Source: Pseudomonadota bacterium
GTDB lineage: Bacteria; Pseudomonadota; Gammaproteobacteria; CALCKW01
Length of the DNA: 64,000 bases
Assembly: GCA_039196715.1 (NCBI GenBank)
Contig: JBCCUP010000003.1
Coordinates: forward strand, 34,097-98,096
Direction: 5' to 3'
Below are positions 20,248-28,470 of the stretch, piece after piece; position 1 is the first letter of the stretch; the number at the start of each line of letters is the position of its first letter. The notes beneath the pieces were generated by a model. It was given only the letters and a program-made list of their open reading frames with translations. It was not told the DNA's origin and did no database searches. The position numbers and the translations under genes are program-made.

Positions 20248-21402
20248 TCAGGAGGACTCGAGCGCGGGCGCAAGGGACTCGCCGCGGTAGCAGCGCTCGA
20301 TCGCAGAGACCACCTGCTCGACGCCGAAACGCGCCTCGATGCCACGGCGGGCCGCAGTGCCCATCTCCCGGCACCAGGTGCGGTCGGCCTGCAACCGCTG
20401 CAGCGCGTCGGCGATCGATTCAGGGTCGCCGACCGGCACGCCGAGGCCGTTGCTGCCATCTCGCAGCAAATCGGCGTTGCCCTGAATCAGCGACAGCACG
20501 CACGGCAAGGCACTGGCCATGGCCTCGAGCACGCTGTTGGAGAGGCCCTCGATGTACGACACCTGACAATACACATGGGCCTCGGAGAGGAAACGGTCCA
20601 CGGCGTCGATCTCGCCGAGAAAGTGCACGGTGTCCTGTACATGACACCGTGCGACCAGCGCCTCGAGCTCGCTGCGCAGGGGGCCGTCGCCGGCGAGTCG
20701 AAACTCGATGTCGGTGACGCCGCGCTCGCGCAGCACCGCAGCCGCCCGCACCAGGTCCGGCAGGGATTTTTCCTTCACCAGGCGCCCGGTGAAAACGACG
20801 ACCATCGGACCGTCTTCGGGGCCGGCGTGCAAGGCCGCCGACGGCGTGAAGCGGTTGAGGTCGATCGCGTTGGGCAGCGCCAGGATCCTGTCGGCGGGCA
20901 AGCCGAGCGCGTTCAGCCGCACCACGGTGTCCTGGCTGATCGCCTGGAACACACCGATGTTGAGCGTCAGACGCCGTCTGAGGGTGGCCCACCAACCGGT
21001 GTTGCGCGTGTCGAATACGCCGCCGCCATCGAATTCCGTGGCGCCGGCGACCTTGGCCAGCACGCGCGCGCGCAGAAAAGGTTTGACCAGCGCGAGCGCA
21101 AGCGCGAATTTTTCAACCATGTGCACGTGGATGACGTCGTACCGTCTGCCGTGGCGCAACAGGAACCACGCAGCGTTGAGCACGTAGGTAACACTTGCCA
21201 AGCCTGGCACACGCAGAAAGCCGAGCCGTTGGCAGCGGATGCCGTTCAGCGATTCGGTTTGCGCTTGCTGTTCCAACAGCCAGGGGCAGACGTAGTCGAC
21301 ATGGTGCCCGCGCAGAACGAGGTTCTCCGCGATCAGGATGGCTTGCTTTTCACTGCCGCCGGCGCTCGGGAAGAAGCCGTCAACCGCAGAGAGGATGTTC
21401 AT
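20248..21402 (-). CDS. Glycosyltransferase family 4 (GT-B, group 1)
   Basis: N-terminal FFPSAGGSEKQ..L...GH and a C-terminal EGLSNSVLEAMASALPCV (E-x7-E region). Confidence 0.9.
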   Translation of the reverse strand: MNILSAVDGFFPSAGGSEKQAILIAENLVLRGHHVDYVCPWLLEQQAQTESLNGIRCQRLGFLRVPGLASVTYVLNAAWFLLRHGRRYDVIHVHMVEKFALALALVKPFLRARVLAKVAGATEFDGGGVFDTRNTGWWATLRRRLTLNIGVFQAISQDTVVRLNALGLPADRILALPNAIDLNRFTPSAALHAGPEDGPMVVVFTGRLVKEKSLPDLVRAAAVLRERGVTDIEFRLAGDGPLRSELEALVARCHVQDTVHFLGEIDAVDRFLSEAHVYCQVSYIEGLSNSVLEAMASALPCVLSLIQGNADLLRDGSNGLGVPVGDPESIADALQRLQADRTWCREMGTAARRGIEARFGVEQVVSAIERCYRGESLAPALESS

Positions 21403-21418
21403 GCCGGTGCATCGGACA

Positions 21419-22792
21419 TCAGAGCACCGGTTGCAGGGCGCGCTGCTGACGAGACTGGTTGATCAGGTCCAGGCGCGACCGCGGGTTCCAGGTGAGGCTA
21501 TACCAGGTCGCCTCTTCGTCAAACTGGCCGAGCCCGTCGGCGCCGGTGCTCTCGATGGTGTTCTCACGCCAGCCGAGGCGCGAACGGAATGCCACGGTGT
21601 GTTGCCAGGACAGGCCGACCTCGACCTCTTCCGAGACGTCCTCACGGTCCTGGGTGGACGGTGAAAACTCGAGGCTCTCGTAGGACGCGTTGGCAAAGAA
21701 ACCCAACCGCCCGGTCACGGCGTAGTTGATGCCGAAGTTCGCGCCATAGGTTGTGGTGTCGTCTGCCGGGTCTTCGAAGGTGTTCTCGGCCCACGAGAAG
21801 CCCGCCCCCATGCCCCAGATGGCACCCTGTCGGTTCAGATCGAGGCGAACGAGGTCCTCGAGAAACACCCCGTTGCCGTCGTCGAGCGTGTCGTCCTGAC
21901 CCGCGATCACGTCCGAGAGCTGCGACAACACCGAATCGGTGTAGCTCCGACCGATCTGCAGGCTCGCGCTCCAGTTTCGCGTCAGGCGTTGGTTGGCCCG
22001 CAGTTGGAAGAACAACGCCGAATCGGTGGTGTCGCTGCCGTCGTCGTTTTCGCTCACGTTATAGCTGACGCCAAGGTCGGTCTCGAACAGACCCTGCCGC
22101 GGCAGTTGGTTGGTGAGTCGAGCAAAGATGTTGTTGATGGCGTAGCCCGCACCCGGGTCGGCGTTGAGCAATTGCGTGTGTTCGATGTTGCCGCTTAGCG
22201 TCTGGCGTGCGTTGAGCCGCCGCGCGAGTGATGTGCGAGCGAGCAACAGCTCCTCGTCCGGGTCGTTCTCGTTCCAGAAGTGCAGGTAAAAGGCTTCGCC
22301 GTTCAGCGAATCCACGCTGTTGATCCGGTAGGTCAGCACAGGACCCGTGATCACCGCGTTGGACTGGTTGCGCTCATCCTCCTGCCCAAGGGCGACGAGG
22401 TCGTCCGCCGTGATGAAGTAGTAGTCGGCCAGCACCCACTTCGCCGTCGCCGGTCGGATGCGGTACTCCGCCTGAAAGCCGCCGCGCCCGGACACCTGGT
22501 CGCTCAGCACATTGTCTTCGTAGGTCGTGCCCTCGGCAAACAGCGCGAGGTCGTAGTCGAGCTTCGCTGCACGTTGCTCGCCGCGCAACGCGATGTCAAC
22601 GCTCTGCCGAATGCCCGGCACGATCGGTTCCGGGTCCACAGCCTGCTGGCTCGCTTCAAGGCTGGTGTTGGTGAGATTGGTGCTGTCAGTGATGGTGTAG
22701 CCGGCGGACACATCGAATTCCACGGCCAGCGCCGGAGACACCGTGAGTGCCAGTGCGATTGCACAACTCGGTACCGCGCGTGGAGTGGTCAT
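21419..22792 (-). CDS. Outer-membrane beta-barrel protein of the EPS locus (EpsL-like / PEP-CTERM-locus-associated type)
   Basis: Signal peptide ..ALALTVSPALA-VE, with alternating amphipathic strands rich in Y/G/D/N/T throughout. Confidence 0.7.
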   Translation of the reverse strand: MTTPRAVPSCAIALALTVSPALAVEFDVSAGYTITDSTNLTNTSLEASQQAVDPEPIVPGIRQSVDIALRGEQRAAKLDYDLALFAEGTTYEDNVLSDQVSGRGGFQAEYRIRPATAKWVLADYYFITADDLVALGQEDERNQSNAVITGPVLTYRINSVDSLNGEAFYLHFWNENDPDEELLLARTSLARRLNARQTLSGNIEHTQLLNADPGAGYAINNIFARLTNQLPRQGLFETDLGVSYNVSENDDGSDTTDSALFFQLRANQRLTRNWSASLQIGRSYTDSVLSQLSDVIAGQDDTLDDGNGVFLEDLVRLDLNRQGAIWGMGAGFSWAENTFEDPADDTTTYGANFGINYAVTGRLGFFANASYESLEFSPSTQDREDVSEEVEVGLSWQHTVAFRSRLGWRENTIESTGADGLGQFDEEATWYSLTWNPRSRLDLINQSRQQRALQPVL

Positions 22793-22795
22793 GGT

Positions 22796-23647
22796 TCAGC
22801 TCAGCTCCGCCAACGGCTCGTTGTTCAACACGGTTCCGACCAGCTTGCGTTGGTCGATGTCCTGACACGCTGCGACAATCTGCGACGTCGTGACACGGCC
22901 GTAGGGAATCACCAGCACGATGTAGTCGGCGAGGTTTGCGAGAATCTTCGCGTCGGCCGAACTCACCAGGCTCGGTGAATCAATGATGATGAAACGGTCC
23001 TTGTAGCGCTGCTTCGCTTCGGCCAGAAAGGCCCGCATGGTCGACGAGGAGAAGTACTCGACACTGCTCTGCGTGCTCGACCCGACCGGAACGATGCGCA
23101 GGCGTGGAATCCCGGACGGCCGCACCACGGACTCGATGCCGATGCTCGGGTCTGACAAGTAATCCGTCAGGCCTGTGCCGGAATCGAGGCGTGCAAGCTG
23201 CAGCACCTTGTGGAAATACGGGTTTTGCAAGTTGCAGTCGACCAACAGCGAGGTCTTGCTGTCCTCGAAGGCGATCGACGCTGCGAGGTTCATCGACACG
23301 AAGGTGCCACCGCCCTCGGGTGACACCGAGGCGATCATCATGCTGAAGTTCTCACCGCGCCGCAGGCCGAGAAGCCGCGTGCGCAGCTCGCGAAACGTGT
23401 CGACCAGGCGGCGGTTCTGCGACTGCGGGTGAATGATCTTCATGAAGTCGAGTTGCTCGGGCGAGAACAACCGGGGTTCTTGCATGAGCATGATCGACCG
23501 CGACGTGGACACCGGGTCGTGTGCGACCGACCGGCGCTTGATGCGCGCGAGGTCGCGGCCACTGGAGCGCAAGCGCGCGCGCCGCTCGGCGAGTTCGTCG
23601 CGCGCCGTCGGACGCTGGGTCGAGCGATTTCTACGAATGAAAGACAT
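22796..23647 (-). CDS. BY-kinase-like P-loop protein (EpsG-like) with degenerate Walker A
   Basis: ..MMIASVSPEGGGTFVSMNLAASIA..SLLVDCNLQNP...FIIIDSPSL aligns with the Walker A / A' / B motifs of polysaccharide co-polymerase kinases. The ATG at 23647 shares one base with the upstream TGA (TGATG). Confidence 0.8.
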   Translation of the reverse strand: MSFIRRNRSTQRPTARDELAERRARLRSSGRDLARIKRRSVAHDPVSTSRSIMLMQEPRLFSPEQLDFMKIIHPQSQNRRLVDTFRELRTRLLGLRRGENFSMMIASVSPEGGGTFVSMNLAASIAFEDSKTSLLVDCNLQNPYFHKVLQLARLDSGTGLTDYLSDPSIGIESVVRPSGIPRLRIVPVGSSTQSSVEYFSSSTMRAFLAEAKQRYKDRFIIIDSPSLVSSADAKILANLADYIVLVIPYGRVTTSQIVAACQDIDQRKLVGTVLNNEPLAELS

Positions 23648-25182
23648 CAGAGAATTCCACCTGTCCAGCGAATCCAACCAGCAAGCATATACACCACGAT
23701 CACGCCGGCAATCACCGACCCGAGGATCAGCGGGCTGGTCAGAATGTTACCAATTTCGCCCTTGACCCTGGCGTGTGGCACGACCGCGAGCACCGGCAGC
23801 CCGAGGTTGTTTTGCAGCGCACTGGGCAAGCGCAGTTTCGGGTCGAGGTAGAGCAAGCCGAACAGCGCGCCGAGCGGCAACAGGATCGCGAGAATCGGGC
23901 CCACAATGCCGAAGTGCAGGAAACGCAGGCCTTTGGGCAGGTTCGGCAATTGGGCTGGCTCCTGGATCTTGACCGCCGAGCCCTGGCGTTTCTCGTCGAG
24001 GTTCATCGACACGCGCGCGCTCTCCCGCCGGCGCAGCATTTCCTGGTAGATCTCCTGGTCGACCTGGTAATCGCGCTGCAAATCCGCAAGCTTGGCGCCA
24101 AACTCGTTCGACGACGCCGCCCGTTCGCGTTCTTTCACGAACAGCGCGCGCTGCTGCTGCAAACGGGCGCGCAACGAGGAGACCGCCGTCTCCGCGCCGG
24201 AGAGCTGCTGGCGCAAGCGTTGGTATACCGGGTTGATCGACGACTGTTCCTGCACTTGCTCGTCGCTCAAGCGGGTTTCACGCTCGTTGGCTGCGAGCTG
24301 CCGCAGGTCGGCGATCTGCTGTTTCAGGCGGACGATGTCAGGGTAGGTGTCGGTGTAATCGAGTCGCAACCGGTCGATTTCGTTCTGCATGCCCGCAATC
24401 TGCTGCTGAAACTGCGACTCGCGAAAATCCTTGACTGCGGTGACCGACTCGCTCTGCAACTGACGTGCGAGCGACGCGCGCCTTGCCTCCGCCTCGCTCA
24501 GTTCGAGCTGGGTGATGTCGATGTTGCGGCGGAGCTCGATAAGTTCTTCGTCGATGTCGACGGCGTTTGCTGCGACACCCTCGCCAAAGCGCGTGCGAAA
24601 CTCGCGCAAGCGCGCCTCCGAAGCGGCCAGCTTCCGACGGTAGATATCGACCTGGTTCTCGATGAACTCGAACGCGTCGTTCGACTCGCGCGTCTGCTCG
24701 CGCACACTGCGCTCGACGTAGCGATCTCCGAACTGCTTGGTCACGCGGTAGGCACGCACCGGATCGACGTCCTTGTAGGACACCATCGTGAGGTTGCTGC
24801 CGAGGTTGCTGACCGTGGTCTGGCGGTAGAGGTCGATGCGCGCCAGTTCCATCTGGGTCGGGTTGTTGACGTCCTTGGCGAGGCCATTCGTGACGATCAC
24901 GTCGTCGACGATGTCACGGGAGAAGATGATCTCCCGCGCGATGGCTTCGCTGTCCGCCACCTGGGTCTGCGCAGTGGCACCCTCAAGGATCGGGGCAATG
25001 ACATTCTGGTTGTCGGCGAAGATCGTCACCGAGGACTCGAACTTCGGTTTGTAGAACCACCCCAGCACGAGCATCAGAATCGCGATCACCGCAAACGCCA
25101 CGGTGAGTGCACCGCGGCGAGCAATGATTTCGCGATTGAACATCGCAATCCATTCTTCAGTAAACATCTCAGACAGATTCAC
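23647..25182 (-). CDS. Polysaccharide chain-length determinant (Wzz/PCP family, EpsF-like)
   Basis: N-terminal TM (ALTVAFAVIAILMLVLGWF), a long coiled-coil region, and C-terminal TM segments. Confidence 0.85.
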   Translation of the reverse strand: MNLSEMFTEEWIAMFNREIIARRGALTVAFAVIAILMLVLGWFYKPKFESSVTIFADNQNVIAPILEGATAQTQVADSEAIAREIIFSRDIVDDVIVTNGLAKDVNNPTQMELARIDLYRQTTVSNLGSNLTMVSYKDVDPVRAYRVTKQFGDRYVERSVREQTRESNDAFEFIENQVDIYRRKLAASEARLREFRTRFGEGVAANAVDIDEELIELRRNIDITQLELSEAEARRASLARQLQSESVTAVKDFRESQFQQQIAGMQNEIDRLRLDYTDTYPDIVRLKQQIADLRQLAANERETRLSDEQVQEQSSINPVYQRLRQQLSGAETAVSSLRARLQQQRALFVKERERAASSNEFGAKLADLQRDYQVDQEIYQEMLRRRESARVSMNLDEKRQGSAVKIQEPAQLPNLPKGLRFLHFGIVGPILAILLPLGALFGLLYLDPKLRLPSALQNNLGLPVLAVVPHARVKGEIGNILTSPLILGSVIAGVIVVYMLAGWIRWTGGIL

Positions 25183-25226
25183 TCAATGTCATGGTGGGTA
25201 AGCCCAGTACAACCACAGCGTCCGAA

Positions 25227-25886
25227 TCAGAACTTGCGCTCGGGCACGGTGATCACATCACCGGGTTGCAGCGCGTAGTTAGAACGCAGGTCGCCCTCAT
25301 TCAGGATGCTACCGAGCTTGATCGAGTAGGTCTTGTTCGACCCGTCGGCGTGACGGCGGTACAGCTTGGCCCGCTGCGCGACGGCAAATTCGTTGATGCC
25401 ACCGCTCTCGAGCACCAGATCCAGCACCGTCATACCCGGCCGGTATGGCATGGAGATCGGGTTGCGCACCGCACCGGTCACCCGCACACGGGACAGGAAC
25501 TCGTGGCTGACCAGCGATGTGAGGATCACCGACACCTGCGGCTGTCGGATGAACTTGGACAGCTTGCGTTCGATGTCACGCGCCACATCGTAGGCGGGGC
25601 GGCCACCGGCTGCGACTTCGCCGATCAGCGGCACGGAGATGTAGCCGTCGGGACGCACGGGCACCTCGACCGAGAGGTCTTCGTTGCGCCAGACCGAGAC
25701 CCGCACGGTGTCGTCCACCCCGATCAGGTAGGCACCACGCTCGGACAAGTCGATCTCGTCGGTGTTGGTGGTGGGCGCAGCCGCGTCGGGCGGTTGCACC
25801 TGCCGTTCCGTTTGGCGTGGCGCCTGGCTGCACGCAGCCACTGCCATCACCACCGCAAATATTGTTGCTAGACGCACAATCGCCAT
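25227..25886 (-). CDS. Polysaccharide export lipoprotein (Wza-like, Poly_export + SLBB)
   Basis: Lipobox AVAAC. IGVDDTVRVSVWRNEDLS..PVRPDGYISVPLIGEV and a C-terminal LQPGDVITVPE. The ATG at 25886 has AAGGAG 9 nt upstream. Confidence 0.88.
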   Translation of the reverse strand: MAIVRLATIFAVVMAVAACSQAPRQTERQVQPPDAAAPTTNTDEIDLSERGAYLIGVDDTVRVSVWRNEDLSVEVPVRPDGYISVPLIGEVAAGGRPAYDVARDIERKLSKFIRQPQVSVILTSLVSHEFLSRVRVTGAVRNPISMPYRPGMTVLDLVLESGGINEFAVAQRAKLYRRHADGSNKTYSIKLGSILNEGDLRSNYALQPGDVITVPERKF

Positions 25887-26185
25887 CTCAGTCATCTCCT
25901 TTCAACCACCGGCACGACACCGGCGGCAGGTTTTTGCCGCAGCATCACCGCGCAGCGCGGCGTAGCCACCGGGTCCACACTGTTTGCGGCGGACCACGGA
26001 AAATATTGACGTGCATGATTCACATACTGGTGAACCGTCGCGGGCCACCGCCCCTGATGGAGCAGTTTCTGCACCAGCGGCAACCCCCCTGTGTACCCTG
26101 TACACGTCCCGGAGGGTTCAACAACGCGTGCGTTGGCCGCTAGGCTAACGGTCACCACCGGACTTCCACTCTCGAATTCGACAGC

Positions 26186-26701
26186 ATGCGCGACCAATTC
26201 GACACGGCGTTCAAGCACCTTCACCTGGAACCCAACACGGACCGGGATCGGATTCGGCGTGCCTACAAGCGCCGTGTGCAGCAACTGCACCCCGATCGCG
26301 CCGGCGAAAACGCGAGCCCGCAAAAGCAGCAGGAATTCCAGGACGTATTAAACGCATACAAATTGCTCGACGATGCCCTCAAATCGGGAAAACTGTCTGT
26401 TACGCACGCTGAGACGCCCGAACCCGAGAGCCGTTCCAGCGCACCCAGGGATGCGCCCGAGGGCCCGGCCGAGCGTCACCCGGAAAACCGGCGGCACGCC
26501 GCCAGCGAAACCTTCTACCAAACGAGCAAACCCGCGAGCGCGCTGAAGTTCATCTCGGTTGTCGTGTCCGTGGTGGGACTCTTCGTGTTCACCTTGCTCG
26601 CGATCGCCGCGTGGCAGAAGGCCAACACCACGCCCCGACAATGGGATGCAAACGTCCACGAGCAGCGGGCGCAGGGCTCGGACAGCGCAAACCGCCCCTG
26701 A
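26186..26701 (+). CDS. J-domain protein with a C-terminal transmembrane anchor
   Basis: J domain with RRAYKRRVQQLHPDR (HPD motif), a linker, then LKFISVVVSVVGLFVFTLLAIAAW. Confidence 0.75.
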   Translation: MRDQFDTAFKHLHLEPNTDRDRIRRAYKRRVQQLHPDRAGENASPQKQQEFQDVLNAYKLLDDALKSGKLSVTHAETPEPESRSSAPRDAPEGPAERHPENRRHAASETFYQTSKPASALKFISVVVSVVGLFVFTLLAIAAWQKANTTPRQWDANVHEQRAQGSDSANRP

Positions 26702-26729
26702 CCGCGCGAGCCCGAAGAGCGCACGCAGT

Positions 26730-28139
26730 TTAGCGCGCACCTTTTCCCAACAGCACGACCTCAACGGTTTGTAACAAAATAAACAGGTCCAGGAACAAAC
26801 TGCGGTTCTTGACGTAGTAGAGGTCGAATTCGTGTTTGCACCGGGCGTCGTCGATGGAGGCGCCGTAGGGGTAGCTCACCTGGGCCCAGCCAGTGACACC
26901 GGGTTTAACCTGGTGCCGCTCGGCGTAATACGGAATCGTCTGCTTCAACTCCTCGACAAACGCAGGCCGCTCCGGTCTCGGTCCGACCAGGCTCATGTCG
27001 CCTTTGAACACGTTCAGAATCTGCGGCAGCTCGTCGATGCGCAGCGCGCGGATGACGCGGCCCACCCGGGTCACTCGGTCGTCCTGCGCGCTAGCCCAAA
27101 TGGCCTGGCCGGCGGCCTCGGCGTCGACACGCATACTGCGGAACTTGAGCACGTCGATCAGCTGGCCGCCGAAGCCGACGCGCTCCTGCCGATAGAAGAT
27201 CGGCGCACGCGGCCCGCTTTCGATCAGGATCGCGATCCCGGTCAACACCATCACAGGCAAGCTGATCAGCAACAACACGCCGCTCGCGAGCAGGTCCACG
27301 GCACGCTTCGCGGCATCCCACGCGCGGCCGGATTGAAACCCACCGGCGTAGATGAACCAGCTCGGCCGCACCAGATTGAGCGGCAGAAAGCCGGCCTCGC
27401 GCTCGAAGAAGGAAATCAGTTCGATCACATCAATGCCCGCCAGGCGGCATTCGATCAGCTGGTCCGAGGGCAAGTTTTCGCGTTGATCGTTCAACGCCAG
27501 AACCAGTTCATGGACACCGTGCTGGCGGCAATAGTGCAGCAGCGAGGGCGGTGGCGTGATCACGTTATCGCGCTCGACCAGAACGCTGCTGGCGCCCTCG
27601 ATATTGAGGTAATGAATGATCTCGAAGCCGCGCCGATCGGCCCGCCGCTTGAGCCGGCGGTCGATGGTCGCGGCGTCTTCACCGCAGCCCAACACCGCCA
27701 CCCGACGCTTGAGGTTCTTGCGCTCGACAATCGGCAGATACAGCGGGCGCAGCGTGCCGATGACGAAAAAGGAGATGGTCATCGCGATGGCCGTGACCCC
27801 GCGGCCAAGGTAGGCAGACGGCACAATGTAGTAGAAGAGCGCCAACGCGACGCCGCCGGCGACGAAGCCCAGCGCGATCCGCAACAGCACTCCGAGCGCC
27901 CCGCCACGGAAGTGAGACTGGTACAAACCGAAGCTCACCAGCGAGAAGGTCATGATCGCGCCAAACGCGGTTGTAGAGAGCAGCGGGGAGTCGAATTGCT
28001 CCGAGATGGTTGCGGCGTCGCCCACGAAGCGCACCGTGACAGCCATGATCACAGCGAGCATGCAAATGAGGAACTCGAGTAACCAGAAGAGCACGAACGG
28101 TGCCCGAATGGTCATACCCGACACCCGCACTGAGATCAC
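26730..28139 (-). CDS. Polyprenyl-phosphate glycosyl-1-phosphate (priming) sugar transferase, EpsB/WbaP type
   Basis: N-terminal TM bundle plus the C-terminal bacterial sugar transferase domain (..FYRQERVG.GG..F...KFRSM..DAE...RVT.VG..LR...DELPQ..NV..G.MSLVGPRP). Start is GTG 28139 or ATG 28115. Confidence 0.92.
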   Translation of the reverse strand: MISVRVSGMTIRAPFVLFWLLEFLICMLAVIMAVTVRFVGDAATISEQFDSPLLSTTAFGAIMTFSLVSFGLYQSHFRGGALGVLLRIALGFVAGGVALALFYYIVPSAYLGRGVTAIAMTISFFVIGTLRPLYLPIVERKNLKRRVAVLGCGEDAATIDRRLKRRADRRGFEIIHYLNIEGASSVLVERDNVITPPPSLLHYCRQHGVHELVLALNDQRENLPSDQLIECRLAGIDVIELISFFEREAGFLPLNLVRPSWFIYAGGFQSGRAWDAAKRAVDLLASGVLLLISLPVMVLTGIAILIESGPRAPIFYRQERVGFGGQLIDVLKFRSMRVDAEAAGQAIWASAQDDRVTRVGRVIRALRIDELPQILNVFKGDMSLVGPRPERPAFVEELKQTIPYYAERHQVKPGVTGWAQVSYPYGASIDDARCKHEFDLYYVKNRSLFLDLFILLQTVEVVLLGKGAR

Positions 28140-28210
28140 GCTTCCCTACCCCTTCGCGCTGAAAAACTTGGACAACTTGGTCACATTGTATCGAGTGCGT
28201 AGCCACAAAG

Positions 28211-28226
28211 TGTGACGTCACTCACA
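28211..28226. promoter_or_regulatory. Consensus CRP/Vfr-type binding site (TGTGA-N6-TCACA)
   Basis: TGTGACGTCACTCACA with both half-sites perfect. It lies in the divergent region between the priming transferase (start 28139/28115) and the UDP-sugar dehydrogenase (start 28471). Confidence 0.55.
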
Positions 28227-28427
28227 CCCTGCCGGATTGGGGGTGTTTCGACCGCGCAACACGACCGGTGCACGCTCCGTACCGATCTAAACTTGAACAT
28301 TCAATGGACGCTAACAAGTTTCAGACCCGTTAACGCGCCTCAGCGGCGTCGCAGTGGAAGCTAACGCTGCTGCAACACCCACCCGGCGTCGAGCAACTCC
28401 GTTTTCTTTGGCACCCACTCGCCGACG

Positions 28428-28443
28428 TGTGACGTCCAACGCA
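28428..28443. promoter_or_regulatory. Second, weaker CRP-like site sharing the decamer GTGTGACGTC
   Basis: TGTGACGTCCAACGCA: the left half is perfect and the right half matches 3 of 5. It ends 28 nt upstream of the dehydrogenase ATG. Confidence 0.3.
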
Positions 28444-28470
28444 CACAGGACTGTAAGGACACCCAAAACC

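Noticed and set aside
23773-25278. 501-aa plus-strand ORF across the chain-length determinant gene
   Set aside because: Antisense shadow. The minus-strand product has the expected Wzz architecture and coupled stop/start codons with its neighbours.
28409-28423. Sigma-54-like element TGGCAC-CCACT-CGCC upstream of the UDP-sugar dehydrogenase
   Set aside because: The GG-to-GC spacing is one nucleotide short of the -24/-12 consensus and the -12 TTGC is absent.
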